Below are positions 35,811-46,367 of a stretch of 55,251 nt of DNA, piece by piece. Made by a program: the position numbers and the translations under genes. Position 1 is the stretch's first letter, and every line of letters starts with the position of its first letter. The stretch is from Polyangiaceae bacterium (GTDB lineage Bacteria > Myxococcota_A > Polyangia > Polyangiales > Polyangiaceae). Under the pieces are notes generated by a model that saw only the letters and a list, made by a program, of their open reading frames with translations, had not been told where the DNA came from and did not search any database. The stretch covers positions 1 through 55,251 of the forward strand of contig DATATR010000302.1 of NCBI GenBank assembly GCA_036268695.1, written 5' to 3'.

Positions 35811-37376
35811 ATGGCGGCTCGACTCTCGCCGGTGCCGACTCCGATCAAGGCAGTGCCAGAAACCATCGGCGCGAGCGAACGAGTGCCGCTCGATACGGGG
35901 CGCAAAGCCGCGCGCTCGACGGGCCCGCGCAGCGAATATCTCGCAGGCGCCGTGATCGCCGATCGCTACAAGCTCGTGCGACCGCTCGGCGCAGGCGGCA
36001 TGGGCGTGGTTTGGGTTGCGCATTCGCTCGTGCTCGGCGTCGATGTCGCGCTCAAGTTGATTCACTCGGACGTCGCGGGCTCGACCGGCGCCACGCGCAT
36101 GGCGCGCGAGGCACACGCCGCGGCGCGCCTCGGTCACCCTGCGATGGTGCGCGTGTTCGACTTCGGTTGGACCAGCAAGGGCGATCCTTTTTTGGTGATG
36201 GAGCTCGTGCTCGGCGAGAGCCTCGGCGCGGCGCTGCGGCGGGACGTGCGCATGCCGGCGATTCAAGCCGTGCAAACGCTATTGCCACTCGCGGACGGCC
36301 TGCGCACCGCGCACGACAAGGGCATCGTTCACCGCGACATCAAGCCGGACAACATCTTGATCGCGCGCGACGAGTTCGGGCGCCAGCAGCCGAAACTCTT
36401 GGATTTCGGCATCGCCAAGGTCGACCATCACGCCGCCGAAGATCGCAAGCTGACGCAAATCGGCGTCGTGCTCGGCAGCCCCGAGTACATGTCGCCGGAG
36501 CAAGCGCTGGGCCGCGAAGACATCGATCATCGCACCGACGTGTGGGCGCTCTGCGTCGTGTTGTACGAGTCCATTACCGGGCAATTGCCGTGGGACAAGC
36601 CGAACTACAACGCGCTGATGCAGGCGATCATTCACGAGCCCGCCGCGCCAACGACGCAATTTTCTGCCGGCGATTCGGATTTGTGGCGCGTGATCGCGCG
36701 CGGGCTGCAAAAAAATCCCGACGACCGCTGGTCGTCGATGACCGAGCTCGGTGAAGCGCTCGCGCTCTGGCTCTACGAACACGGCGTAAAAGAGGATATC
36801 TCCGCGAACTCGCTGCGCGCGGTTTGGCTCGACGGGTCGCTCTCCGGCGTGCGCATGGATTTGAGCTCGCTGTCGCCGCGCAAAGCGCTGAGCAGTGGTT
36901 CGGAGCTCGCGCCGCGCGCTCCGGCCGCGCGCATGCCGTCGACCGAACGCCCGCGCTTCGAGACTGCGAGTGGACTCATTGCGACGCCCGAGCCAGCGCT
37001 CGCTCCGGTCGTGACTGCGCCAGCGCGCGCTCGCTGGCCGTGGATCGCGCTGGTCGTGTTGGCACTGGGGTTGGGTGTCGGCGCGGGTTTGATGTTGCGC
37101 GCGAATCACGCGCCCGAAGCCGCAGCGTCGGCCGTGTCGACCGCGACTCCGTCGGTCGCAGACGCGCGAGTTGCGGCGAACGCACCCGCGCCGCAAACGA
37201 CACCGAGCTCGGCGCCCACGGTTCCAGCGATTGAATCGGCGCCGAGTGCACCGATACTTCCTTCAGCTTCGCGCGCAACACCGGTCAAGGTCGTGCCGCG
37301 CTCTGCCCCAGCACACGCCGCGCCGGCGAGCCGCGCCGCGGGTGCCGGAAAACATGCTTATGATTTCGGCTTCTGA
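35811..37376 (+). CDS. Membrane-bound Hanks-type Ser/Thr protein kinase
   Basis: GAGGMG, VALK, HRDIKPDN, DFG, GSPEYMSPEQ and DVW motifs, followed by a TM helix and an Ala/Pro-rich tail. Confidence 0.96.
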   Translation: MAARLSPVPTPIKAVPETIGASERVPLDTGRKAARSTGPRSEYLAGAVIADRYKLVRPLGAGGMGVVWVAHSLVLGVDVALKLIHSDVAGSTGATRMAREAHAAARLGHPAMVRVFDFGWTSKGDPFLVMELVLGESLGAALRRDVRMPAIQAVQTLLPLADGLRTAHDKGIVHRDIKPDNILIARDEFGRQQPKLLDFGIAKVDHHAAEDRKLTQIGVVLGSPEYMSPEQALGREDIDHRTDVWALCVVLYESITGQLPWDKPNYNALMQAIIHEPAAPTTQFSAGDSDLWRVIARGLQKNPDDRWSSMTELGEALALWLYEHGVKEDISANSLRAVWLDGSLSGVRMDLSSLSPRKALSSGSELAPRAPAARMPSTERPRFETASGLIATPEPALAPVVTAPARARWPWIALVVLALGLGVGAGLMLRANHAPEAAASAVSTATPSVADARVAANAPAPQTTPSSAPTVPAIESAPSAPILPSASRATPVKVVPRSAPAHAAPASRAAGAGKHAYDFGF

Positions 37377-38406
37377 GCTGGCGCGAAGCGGTCCGGGTCG
37401 CGTCGCGAGCGTCGCTATTTGCGCTAGTTTCTTGCTGTTTCATAGCGCGCCCGCGCACGCCGAAGATGCCGAAATGCGCACCGCCGCGCGCGAGCTCGCG
37501 ACCCAAGGTGGGCAAGCGTTCGACGCGGGGCACTACGAAAAAGCCGCCGATTTCTTTTTGCGCGCCTACGAGCTCGTGCACGCGCCGTCGATTGGGTTGA
37601 TGCGTGCGCGCAGTTTGGCGAAGCTCGGTCAGCTGGTGGAAGCGATCGACGTCTATGAGCAGACGTTCCGCACCAAGCTTACCGCGGGCGCGCCGGAAGC
37701 GTACGTCAAAGCCGTTGCGGCGGCGCGCAGCGAAGTCGAGGACGTGCGGCGGCGCGTGCCGCGCGTGAAGATCACGCTGGCCAACGCGAGCGCGAGCGAA
37801 GCTACTGAAGTCACGATCGACGACAAGCCGTCGCCCGTGGCGCTGCTCGGCGTCGAGCGACCGATGAATCCCGGCGCGCATCACGTCGCGCTCGTCGTGT
37901 CCGGACACACGCGTGCGTCGCGCGATTTCGCGCTCGAAGAGGGCCAGAGCTTGAGCCTCGAGCTGGATGCGACGCCGCCGCCGGTTTCGCCCGCCGAACC
38001 GGCGAAACCAGCAGAAATCAAGCCAGACTCTGCGCCGGCAGTTGCCGCGCAGGTTGCCCCCAACCCAAAAAAATCAACCACGACTTCGAGCTCGACGACT
38101 CGCGTCCTCGGTTATGTCGGCGTTGGGGTTGGTGCAGTGGGTTTGGGATTGGGCACGTACACCGGGCTCGTGGCGCTGCATCACAAGTCCGAGCTCGACA
38201 GCGTGTGTCATCCCGGCTGCCCCGAGTCTTCGGCGGGCGACTTGAGCGGCTTTCGCAGCAATCGCACGATCTCGTGGTTGAGCTACGGCGTCGGCATCGC
38301 CGCGGCTGGGGCGGGTGTGGTGCTGCTCACGCTCGGTGATTCGAAGCGCGAGCAGGTGTCGCTCCGAGTGTGGCCCGGCGGGCTTCAGATTGGGGGCAAG
38401 CTATGA
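37354..38406 (+). CDS. Exported TPR plus PEGA-like domain protein with hydrophobic C-terminus
   Basis: Signal ending AHA|E, TPR-like helices (F..G.Y..AA..F..AY), V.IDD...PG.H beta domain and Gly-rich hydrophobic hairpin. Start 37354 or 37360. Confidence 0.75.
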   Translation: MLMISASELARSGPGRVASVAICASFLLFHSAPAHAEDAEMRTAARELATQGGQAFDAGHYEKAADFFLRAYELVHAPSIGLMRARSLAKLGQLVEAIDVYEQTFRTKLTAGAPEAYVKAVAAARSEVEDVRRRVPRVKITLANASASEATEVTIDDKPSPVALLGVERPMNPGAHHVALVVSGHTRASRDFALEEGQSLSLELDATPPPVSPAEPAKPAEIKPDSAPAVAAQVAPNPKKSTTTSSSTTRVLGYVGVGVGAVGLGLGTYTGLVALHHKSELDSVCHPGCPESSAGDLSGFRSNRTISWLSYGVGIAAAGAGVVLLTLGDSKREQVSLRVWPGGLQIGGKL

Positions 38407-40043
38407 TGCGTTTTCGCATGGCTCCGCGGCTCGCTTTTTTGCCGTGGCTCGGTTTGAGTTTTTTTCTCACCGGTTGTCCACTCAGCGATCACTACTCGTT
38501 GCTCTCGGACGACACTGGCGGCGAGGGCAACGAGGGCGGTGTCGCGGGCTCGCTCGGCGGCTCCGACTCGGGTTCGAGCGGACTCGCAGGCAGCGCGGCG
38601 GGCGCGGTTTCGAGTCAAGCTGGGAGCGCGAACGGCGGCAACGCGAACGCTGGAAATAGCGGAAATTCAGCGGGCGGAGCTGGCAGCGCGGGACTCGGCG
38701 AAGCCGGCGCGACCAGCGCGGGCGGCGAAGCCGGGCAAGCTCAAGCGGGCTCGAGCGGCAGCGCTGGTGACTCGAGCTCATCCGGCGCTTCGGGTTCGAG
38801 CGGCGCTGGCAGTGGCGGAATGAGCGGCGCTTCGGGAAGCAGCGGCGGTTCGAGTTGCGGGCCTTGCTCCAACACCTGTTGTGGCTCGACTTGCGTCGAC
38901 ACCACGCGCGATTTTCAAAACTGCGGCAGCTGCGGCACGTTGTGCAACGCAGGGCGCTCATGCATGGCGAGCGACTGCACTTCAGGTTGGGTGAGCATGG
39001 CGGCGCCGCCAACCGGGTTTGCGGCGCGCTGGCGCGCGGCAGCCGTGGCGATGGGCAAATCGGTGTTCATTTGGGGTGGCTCCGACAGCACGGGCGCGGT
39101 GCTCGACAGCGGCGCGATCTACTCGCCGCAAAGCGACACCTGGACCACGATCGCGAAAGACGCGAATACGCCGACCGCGCGCGTGTTCGCGAGCGCGGTC
39201 TGGACCGGCAGCGTGGTGATCGTATTCGGCGGCAGCGACGCGACCGGCGCGACGGCCTACAAAGACGGCGCGATCTACGATCCAGCCCAAGATGCCTGGA
39301 GCGCGATTCCGCAGGCGGCCACGGCGCACAGCATGCCGCTCGGCTATTGGGACGGCACGAGCGCGCTGTTTTGGGGCGGCATCGGTGCAGCGGGCGCGGC
39401 CGTTGCCGGCGCCGATCGCTTCGATCTCATGACTTGGAGCGCCTCCACCCTCACGGGTGATCCTGGCGCGCTCTCGAGTCCCGCGGCGGCATGGGACGGA
39501 ACTTCGCTCTACCTTCAGGGTGGACAGCTCGCCGGTGCGTACAAAGATGGCGTCTTCACGTACACGAGCGCCATCGATACTTGGGCAGCGCTGCCGAAGA
39601 GCTTGTCCGCGCGCTCGAATGCGTTCGGCGTTTGGGATGGATCGCATTTTTTGATTTGGGGCGGTCGTGACGGCACTGGTCTGCGCAACGACGGCAAATA
39701 TCGAACCGGCGCCACGTGGACCGCGCTCAGCACCGTGAACGCGCCGAGCGCGCGCATGGCGCTGCCACGTCGTCACGGCTGGATCTTCGAAACCTCGCCA
39801 GCTCAGATCGCGATCTTCGGTGGCGAGACGTCGTTGACCGGGCAAGGCACCTTCAGCACGGGTGGCTCGACTTACGACGTGGCCGGCGCGAAATGGTCGA
39901 CCGAGGCTTCGTGGCCGTCAGCGGAGACACACGATTACGGCGTGGCAGTTTGGACGGGAGACGAGTTCGTGCTTTGGGGTGGCCGCAACGGCAACGGCAT
40001 GAATCCGCCCGCGACGCTCACGGGCGAGCGCTGGAAACCCTAA
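38403..40043 (+). CDS. Lipoprotein with Gly/Ser tether, Cys-rich module and Kelch propeller
   Basis: Lipobox LTGC, CCGSTCVD...D..NCG.CG..C module and seven hhhxGG blades (FIWGG, IVFGG, LFWGG, YLQGG, LIWGG, AIFGG, VLWGG). Confidence 0.88.
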   Translation: MMRFRMAPRLAFLPWLGLSFFLTGCPLSDHYSLLSDDTGGEGNEGGVAGSLGGSDSGSSGLAGSAAGAVSSQAGSANGGNANAGNSGNSAGGAGSAGLGEAGATSAGGEAGQAQAGSSGSAGDSSSSGASGSSGAGSGGMSGASGSSGGSSCGPCSNTCCGSTCVDTTRDFQNCGSCGTLCNAGRSCMASDCTSGWVSMAAPPTGFAARWRAAAVAMGKSVFIWGGSDSTGAVLDSGAIYSPQSDTWTTIAKDANTPTARVFASAVWTGSVVIVFGGSDATGATAYKDGAIYDPAQDAWSAIPQAATAHSMPLGYWDGTSALFWGGIGAAGAAVAGADRFDLMTWSASTLTGDPGALSSPAAAWDGTSLYLQGGQLAGAYKDGVFTYTSAIDTWAALPKSLSARSNAFGVWDGSHFLIWGGRDGTGLRNDGKYRTGATWTALSTVNAPSARMALPRRHGWIFETSPAQIAIFGGETSLTGQGTFSTGGSTYDVAGAKWSTEASWPSAETHDYGVAVWTGDEFVLWGGRNGNGMNPPATLTGERWKP

Positions 40044-40920
40044 CCTCGACTTCGAGCGTGTGCGTTTCGCCGGGAGCGAGTGAAACCCGCGCGGGTCCGA
40101 CGTTGGCGCTCTCGACGCACAGCATTGTCGGCCATGCGCTGGCCTCGAAATCAGCCATCTGCGCGGCCTTCTCCGCCCAAGGGTTCCACACGACGGTGTT
40201 TCGCGAGTGCGCCTTTTCGATTCGAAGCGAGCGCTGACCGAGCGAATCCGCGATCGTGCAGCTAGCGGCGCTGTCGTAGACGCGATCGGTTTCGCCGCTC
40301 AAGGCGAGCTCGTCCGCGCTCTCGGTGAACTCGGCCATGCCGCGCACCTTGTCCAAATACTTCGCGCCGCACAGCCCGCTGACCGCGATCTTCCGCACGT
40401 CCGCGACGTGAAAATAGCTGTGCAGCGCTTCTTCGTAGTCGAACGCAGTCGAGTCGCGGTTCGTCACCGAAAACGCGAGCGCGAGCGATTGGCCGAACGC
40501 CACGCGCAACCGCGCTTCGAACGCGTGTGGGAAAAATCCGCGAGTCTTTGCGTTTTCGCCGAGCACGAACTCGAGCTCGGCGCGGCCCTCGCGATCGAGC
40601 CGCGCACCGACGTACTCGAAGTCCATCGTGCGCGCGAAGCCGTGCTGCGGATATTCCTGGTGCGTGCGGTGCGGACCGAACCACGGGAAACAAATCGGGA
40701 TGCCGCCACGCAGCGCCTTACCCGGCTGATAGTTGGTTTTTTCGCTCAGCCACAAAACCGGACTTTGACCTTGCGGCGTCCACTCGGCGACGTGCGCGCC
40801 TTGCAAGTACACGAGCCCAGTCGCTGCTGCGGTTTGCACGCGTACGCTCGCCAGGCCGTGCGTCTCGCCGCGTTCGACGCCGCTCGGCGGCACGAATGTT
40901 TTGGAACTGTTATCGGTCAT
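40018..40920 (-). CDS. D-hexose-6-phosphate mutarotase (YeaD-like)
   Basis: Start re-set to ATG 40920 with a GAGGA RBS. QGAHV, RGGIPICFPWF, HGFAR, ALHSYF, VVWNPW and MLCVE motifs. Confidence 0.93.
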   Translation of the reverse strand: MTDNSSKTFVPPSGVERGETHGLASVRVQTAAATGLVYLQGAHVAEWTPQGQSPVLWLSEKTNYQPGKALRGGIPICFPWFGPHRTHQEYPQHGFARTMDFEYVGARLDREGRAELEFVLGENAKTRGFFPHAFEARLRVAFGQSLALAFSVTNRDSTAFDYEEALHSYFHVADVRKIAVSGLCGAKYLDKVRGMAEFTESADELALSGETDRVYDSAASCTIADSLGQRSLRIEKAHSRNTVVWNPWAEKAAQMADFEASAWPTMLCVESANVGPARVSLAPGETHTLEVEVRVSSARP

Positions 40921-40942
40921 GGTTCCTCGTGCGCTCGGGAAA

Positions 40943-42103
40943 TTAGGGTCGAAACGAGTCCAAACGCCGGCACGCTTCGTCGAGCTCCGCTTCGCGCTTG
41001 GCGTAGCTGAAGCGTAGTAGGTCATCGCCGCGACCGCCCTGGAAAAATGCGCTGCCCGGCACTGCCGCGACGCCCGCGCGCCCGAGCAGCGAGAGCGCGC
41101 GTTCCTTCGCGCTCGAACCGGGGATGCGCCGCGAATCCGCGAGCACGTAGTACGCGCCGCTTGGCACGTGCGGCGAAATGCCGGCGTGTTCGAGCGCCGA
41201 ACACAGCTTCTCCCGCTTGCGTGTGTACTCGCGCTTCAAGTCTTCGTAGAAGCTCGGCTCGAGTTCATCGAGTCCGCGCGCGACGCCGATTTGCAATGGC
41301 GCGGGCGCGCACACGTACACGAGATCGTGCGCGTGTCCGATCTTGTGGCAGAGCTCGGCCGTCGCCAAAAAGTAACCCACGCGCCAGCCAGTGATTGAAA
41401 ATGTCTTGCTGAAACCGGCAATCGTGATCGTGCGTTGTCGCATGCCGGGCAACGTCGCAAACGAGATGTGCTCGCGATTGTCGTACACGAAATATTCGTA
41501 AATCTCGTCCGTGATCACGAACAAGTCGAACTCGCGCGCGACTTGGGCGACGAGCTCGAGCTCCGCGCGCGAAAACACCTTGCCCGACGGATTGCCCGGA
41601 GTATTGAGCACGATCGCACGAGTTTTTGGCCCGATCGCGGCGCGCAACGCTGCGACGTCGAAGCTCCAATTCGGTAGCTCGAGCGGCACGAAGCTCGGAC
41701 CGAGTGACAGCGCGCGCAACGTGTCGAGGTGATAGCCGTAATACGGTTCGAACAGCACGACCGCGTCGCCCGGATCGAACAGCGTCATGCAAGTGGCGAA
41801 AAATGCGCCAGTCGTCCCGCTCGTGACCACGACCTCTTTTTCTGGATCGACGACCATGCCGCTGTCTCGCTGGACCTTGCGCGCGATCGCTTCGCGCAGC
41901 GCCGGCAAGCCGTCGTAGCGGGTGTAGATGTTGAAGCCGTCGGCCATCGCTTGGGCCCCGCCGAGCCGCACGGGCTCGGGCACTTCGGTGTCGCAGACGC
42001 CTTGGGCGAGGTTGATGCCGCTAACCTTCGCGCACTCGATCGACATGTTGCGAATTTCGGATTGGCGCAAAAACGCGAGCTGCTCGGCGGTGTGAAGGCT
42101 CAT
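40943..42103 (-). CDS. PLP-dependent aminotransferase class I/II
   Basis: INLAQG, NTPGNPSG, ITDEIY and FSKTFSITGWRVG motifs. Confidence 0.95.
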   Translation of the reverse strand: MSLHTAEQLAFLRQSEIRNMSIECAKVSGINLAQGVCDTEVPEPVRLGGAQAMADGFNIYTRYDGLPALREAIARKVQRDSGMVVDPEKEVVVTSGTTGAFFATCMTLFDPGDAVVLFEPYYGYHLDTLRALSLGPSFVPLELPNWSFDVAALRAAIGPKTRAIVLNTPGNPSGKVFSRAELELVAQVAREFDLFVITDEIYEYFVYDNREHISFATLPGMRQRTITIAGFSKTFSITGWRVGYFLATAELCHKIGHAHDLVYVCAPAPLQIGVARGLDELEPSFYEDLKREYTRKREKLCSALEHAGISPHVPSGAYYVLADSRRIPGSSAKERALSLLGRAGVAAVPGSAFFQGGRGDDLLRFSYAKREAELDEACRRLDSFRP

Positions 42104-43974
42104 TTTCGTGCTTGGGTTTGGGGGTTACCCTGCGCGGGCGCGGCGCCCGAGTGTGCGGCCAAATATTGCTCTGCGCTCTTTACGACTTCGGCGCCCGGCG
42201 CGTTCAAGTCGATCGGCAAGGGCGCGCCGGTGATTTGCTCGAGCGCGTGGCGCGCAAAGAAACGCACCAGCGGATATTCATTGTCGAGCGTCGCGACCAC
42301 GAGCGGAACCAAATCCTGCCGCCGATCGCGCCCGGCGACGGCGACCGCGGTGCCCTTCTCGTGTGGCTTACCGAACTTCAACGTGGCCTCGAGCGCATTC
42401 ACCGACAAATCGCGACCGTAGAGTTTGTACAGCGCGTCGCGGTCGTATTTTTTGCCCCAGAACCGTTCCATCGTCGTGACCAGCGTCTCCACACTCTTGT
42501 CGGTGTGGCAGAGCGCGCACTCGAGTGGTCGATCGCCTTCGACTCGTTCGCGATCCGTCGGCGAGCCGATGCGATGGTAGCGCGTGAGCTCGTAGGCGAG
42601 CCCCATGTTCTTCTTCGGCATGTGGCAATTCAAACAGCGGCTGCCGGCGCTGCTCGGCGCGTGATGGGTGTGCGCGCGAAGCGCTTCGTCGCCGCGCAGA
42701 TTCTGATGGCAGCTCTCGCACAGCGCGTCGCCTTTCGGCCCTTCGAGCGCGGCGAGCGCGGCCTTCGGATCTTCGGTGTGCGGATCGTGGCAATGCGTGC
42801 AGCTGAGTTGCTTGTTGCAATCGCCGAGCAAAAAATCGCGCGCCTCGCCGGAGTTGATGCTGCTTCCGCCCGGGCCGCGCCGGCGATCGCGTCCTTCCCA
42901 AGTGTACGGATAACGCGAAAAGAGCACGGTGTGACACTTCGAGCAGGTGCGATTCACGTCTTCGGCGTGCGTGGGCTCGGTGCCGCTCGGCGTGGTCACT
43001 TTGAGGAAATCACTGCGCAGCGCGAGTGACGGCCGCACGTGCAGCGGATCCTGCACGTGCTCGCGTGATCCGCCGTGACAGGCTTCGCAGCCGATGCCGA
43101 GCTCGACCAGATTCTTCTCGTCGAAGTTGTCCCGCGTCGCGTCGATGCTGGCGGTGAGTGCGCGCTTCGAGTCGTAGTTCGACGTGTCGCGCGGCCGACC
43201 GAGAAACGCGAGCTCGGCGCCGAGCGCGGCCTTCAATCCGCCTTCGTCCGTGACGACGTAACGCGGGCGCTTGTCGTCCGGCAAATCGACGCTGACCGAG
43301 CCTTGATACGAGTGCGCGCCCGGTCCGTAAATGTCGTCGAGCAAGAGCGAGAGCGACGGTGCGGTGTTGTGGCAGAAAATGCAGCCCGTTTTCCAGACCA
43401 CGCCGGGCTCGAGCGCGGGTCGCTCGCGCACCATCACCGAATAACCTTTGTAGCGCCAATCGCCGTTGAACGACAGGTAAGACACGGGCAAGATCCGCTC
43501 GGCGTCGAGCAGCGCGCCGAGCGGCGCGCTTTGATCGACTTGTGCCCCGACGAAGTCTTCGCGGTAACGCCCGCCGATCACTTTGGTGACGCGGAACAAG
43601 TCTTCTTTGCCGCTTTCGTAGTGCAAACGCATGAAGCGTTCGCCGCTGATTTCTTCGAGCTTCACCGAGTCGTTGCGAAAGTCGAATTTCGCGCCCGCGA
43701 ACGGTGCCGCGATTTGCGTGTGATGCAAATCGCGCGTCATGCGATGCATCGGTGAATCGAGCCAAGCCGCGTACTCGCGAACGTGGCACGGCTTGCATGC
43801 CTCGGATCCGGCGTAGTCCGCGCGCGCGATGTTACTCTGCACTTCGCCGCGTCGCGCGTTGGTGCGACCGTTCGCGCCGATGCCCGCCGCGCTCTCTGCC
43901 GCCGTGCCGTGGCACCCGGCGATTTCCGCGAGCAGGAGCGCGAGCACGAGAGTAAAGTTTCGGCGCAGGCTCAT
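42100..43974 (-). CDS. Multiheme (8 CxxCH) cytochrome c lipoprotein with C-terminal HEAT-like repeat
   Basis: Lipobox IAGC. CKPCH, CIFCH, CEACH, CSKCH, CTHCH, CESCH, CLNCH and CALCH motifs. L.....PLVR..A..AL near the end. Confidence 0.9.
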   Translation of the reverse strand: MSLRRNFTLVLALLLAEIAGCHGTAAESAAGIGANGRTNARRGEVQSNIARADYAGSEACKPCHVREYAAWLDSPMHRMTRDLHHTQIAAPFAGAKFDFRNDSVKLEEISGERFMRLHYESGKEDLFRVTKVIGGRYREDFVGAQVDQSAPLGALLDAERILPVSYLSFNGDWRYKGYSVMVRERPALEPGVVWKTGCIFCHNTAPSLSLLLDDIYGPGAHSYQGSVSVDLPDDKRPRYVVTDEGGLKAALGAELAFLGRPRDTSNYDSKRALTASIDATRDNFDEKNLVELGIGCEACHGGSREHVQDPLHVRPSLALRSDFLKVTTPSGTEPTHAEDVNRTCSKCHTVLFSRYPYTWEGRDRRRGPGGSSINSGEARDFLLGDCNKQLSCTHCHDPHTEDPKAALAALEGPKGDALCESCHQNLRGDEALRAHTHHAPSSAGSRCLNCHMPKKNMGLAYELTRYHRIGSPTDRERVEGDRPLECALCHTDKSVETLVTTMERFWGKKYDRDALYKLYGRDLSVNALEATLKFGKPHEKGTAVAVAGRDRRQDLVPLVVATLDNEYPLVRFFARHALEQITGAPLPIDLNAPGAEVVKSAEQYLAAHSGAAPAQGNPQTQARK

Positions 43975-44137
43975 GGGACCGGCGCGAAGGCTACCATCGC
44001 GTTTCGAGGCGCGCAGATCGGCGCATTGTGGAATCGGTTCCAGCTAGGAAATTCGCTGGTATTTTGGGGTTTTACTGGTTTCATCCGCGCGGCTCCGATC
44101 GGGCGCTGCGTTTTTCCGCTAGCTTCGGCCGAGTCCC

Positions 44138-46359
44138 ATGACCGAAACGCCGCTCTACCGCGATTCCAAAGCACCGCTCGAACGCCGCGTCGCCGATTTA
44201 CTCGCGCGCATGACACTGGCCGAGAAGGTCGGACAAATGATGCAGCTCAACGGGCAGCACGACCCGGTTGGCATCGTGAAAAAGACCCAGCCGGGCTCGC
44301 TGCTCCACATTTTGAACGACGAGCTCGCGACCGCGATGGACGCCGCGGCCGAAACTCGCCTCGGCATTCCGCTCTTGATCGGCGAAGACGGCATTCACGG
44401 CCACTCGTTCCACGCCGGCGCGACGATTTTCCCGTCGCAGCTCGGTCTGGCTTGTTCGTGGAGCGTCGACACGATCGAAGCGTGTGCGCGCGTGACTGCG
44501 CGCGAGATGGCGACCACGGGCGCGCACTGGACATTCTCGCCCGTGCTGTGTTTGACGCGCGATTTACGTTGGGGTCGCGTCGGTGAAACGTTCGGCGAGG
44601 ATCCATTTTTGATTGCGGAGTTCGGCGCGGCGATGATCCGCGGGTATCAAGGCAATGGCCTGGACGATCCCGAGGGAGTGCTCGCGTGCGCCAAGCACTA
44701 CGCCGGTTACTCCGAAACCTTGGGCGGCCGCGACGCCTCTGAAGCCGACATTTCCAGGCGAAAATTGCGCTCGTTCTTCTTGCCTCCATTCGAGCGCGCG
44801 GCGCGCTCCGGCTGCATGACCTTCATGACTGGTTACCAGTCGATGGATGGTTTGCCTTCGACGGCGAATCACTGGCTGCTCACCACCGTGCTCAAAGAGG
44901 AGTGGGGATTTCAGGGCATCCTGGTGACCGATTGGGCGTGCGTGAGCGCGCTCTACAAAGATCAATTCATCGTGCCGGGTCCGAAAGAGGCTGCGGTCGT
45001 CGCGGTGCGTTGCGGCAACGACTTGATCATGACCGTGCCCGACTTCTACGAGGCCGCACAAGCCGCGGTGAAGGAAGGTTTGCTCGACGAAAGCGAGATC
45101 GACGCCATCGTGCGTCGCATCCTGACGCTCAAGTTCCGCATGGGCTTGTTCGAAAATCCGCGCCGCCCGAGTCGCGAAAAGCAAGCGCGCGTGATCGCGA
45201 CCGAAGAACACCGCACGACGAACCTGCGGGCCGCGCGCGAGTCGCTGGTCTTGCTCAAGAACGAAAATCTGTTGCCACTCTCGGCGGAGAAAATCCGAAA
45301 AATCGCGGTAATTGGCCCGAACGCGGACAGCCCGCTCGCTCAGCTCGGCGATTGGTCCCTGGGCACGAGTCAATATGGAGCCGAAAAAGGCACGCATCCA
45401 CGCGAGTGCACCGTCACGTTGCTCGACGGAATTCGCGCGCGTGTTCCGGCGAGTGTCAGCGTGGCTCACGCCGCCGGCTGCTCGATTCGCGACGAGGATG
45501 AGGCGCAAATTCCCGCCGCGCTCGCGGCCTGCGCGGACGCGGACGTGATCGTGCTGGCAATCGGCGACGAAATCAAATTCGTCGGCGAATGCCACTGCAC
45601 CGCGACGCTCGAACTCCAAGGCGGCCAGCGCGCGCTGGTCGACGCGGTGATGGCGCTCGGCAGGCCGGTCGTGCTCACGCTGATCAACAGCAAACCGCTC
45701 GTGCTGCCGGCCTCGACCGAAGGTGCGCGCGCGATCGTCAATGCTTCAATCCGGGGATGCAGGGCGGCACGGCGTTCGCCGAAATGCTGTTCGGCGATCT
45801 CAACCCGTCCGGCAAACTCACGATCTCGTTTCCGAAGCACGTCGGTCAACAGCCGGTCTTTTACAGTCAAGTGCGCGGTCAGCACGGGCGCGTCTACGCG
45901 GATTTGGACCAAACACCGCGCTTTCCCTTCGGCTTCGGCCTGAGTTACACGCGCTTCGAATATTCGAATTTGCGCGTCGAAAAAGCGCTGCTCGAAAAAG
46001 GCGAAGGACCGAATATCTCGCTCGAGATCGCGAACGTCGGTGAGCGCGAAGGCACCGAGATCGCGCAAGTGTATCTTTCGGATTTGGTGACTTCGGTCAC
46101 CTGGGTGAACAAGAGCTTGGTCGCGTTCGCACGCGTCACGCTCGCGCCCGGCGAAAAGCGGACGGTCAGCTTCGCCATTCCGGACGAGCGTCTCGCGCTC
46201 GTCGACGCCTACGAACGAAGCGTAGTCGAACCCGGAGAATTCGAAATCTCGGTCGGCCCGTCTTCGGTCGACTCAGCGCTACTCAAGGCGCGTTTCACGG
46301 TCGCGGGCGAAGCGTTTTCGTTCGCCGGGATTCCCGGCGTCGCGCGGCGCGTGAGTTGA
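44138..46359 (+). pseudogene. GH3 beta-glucosidase/xylosidase with a 1-nt frameshift near 45740 (pseudogene or sequence error)
   Basis: The N-part has RWGR, CAKHY, VTDW and ESLVLLKN. The C-part (CFNPGMQGG, NPSGKL, FPFGFGLSYT, Fn3-like end) is in another frame. GTC-AA-TGC lacks one base. Confidence 0.9.
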
Positions 46360-46367
46360 TGCGAGCG

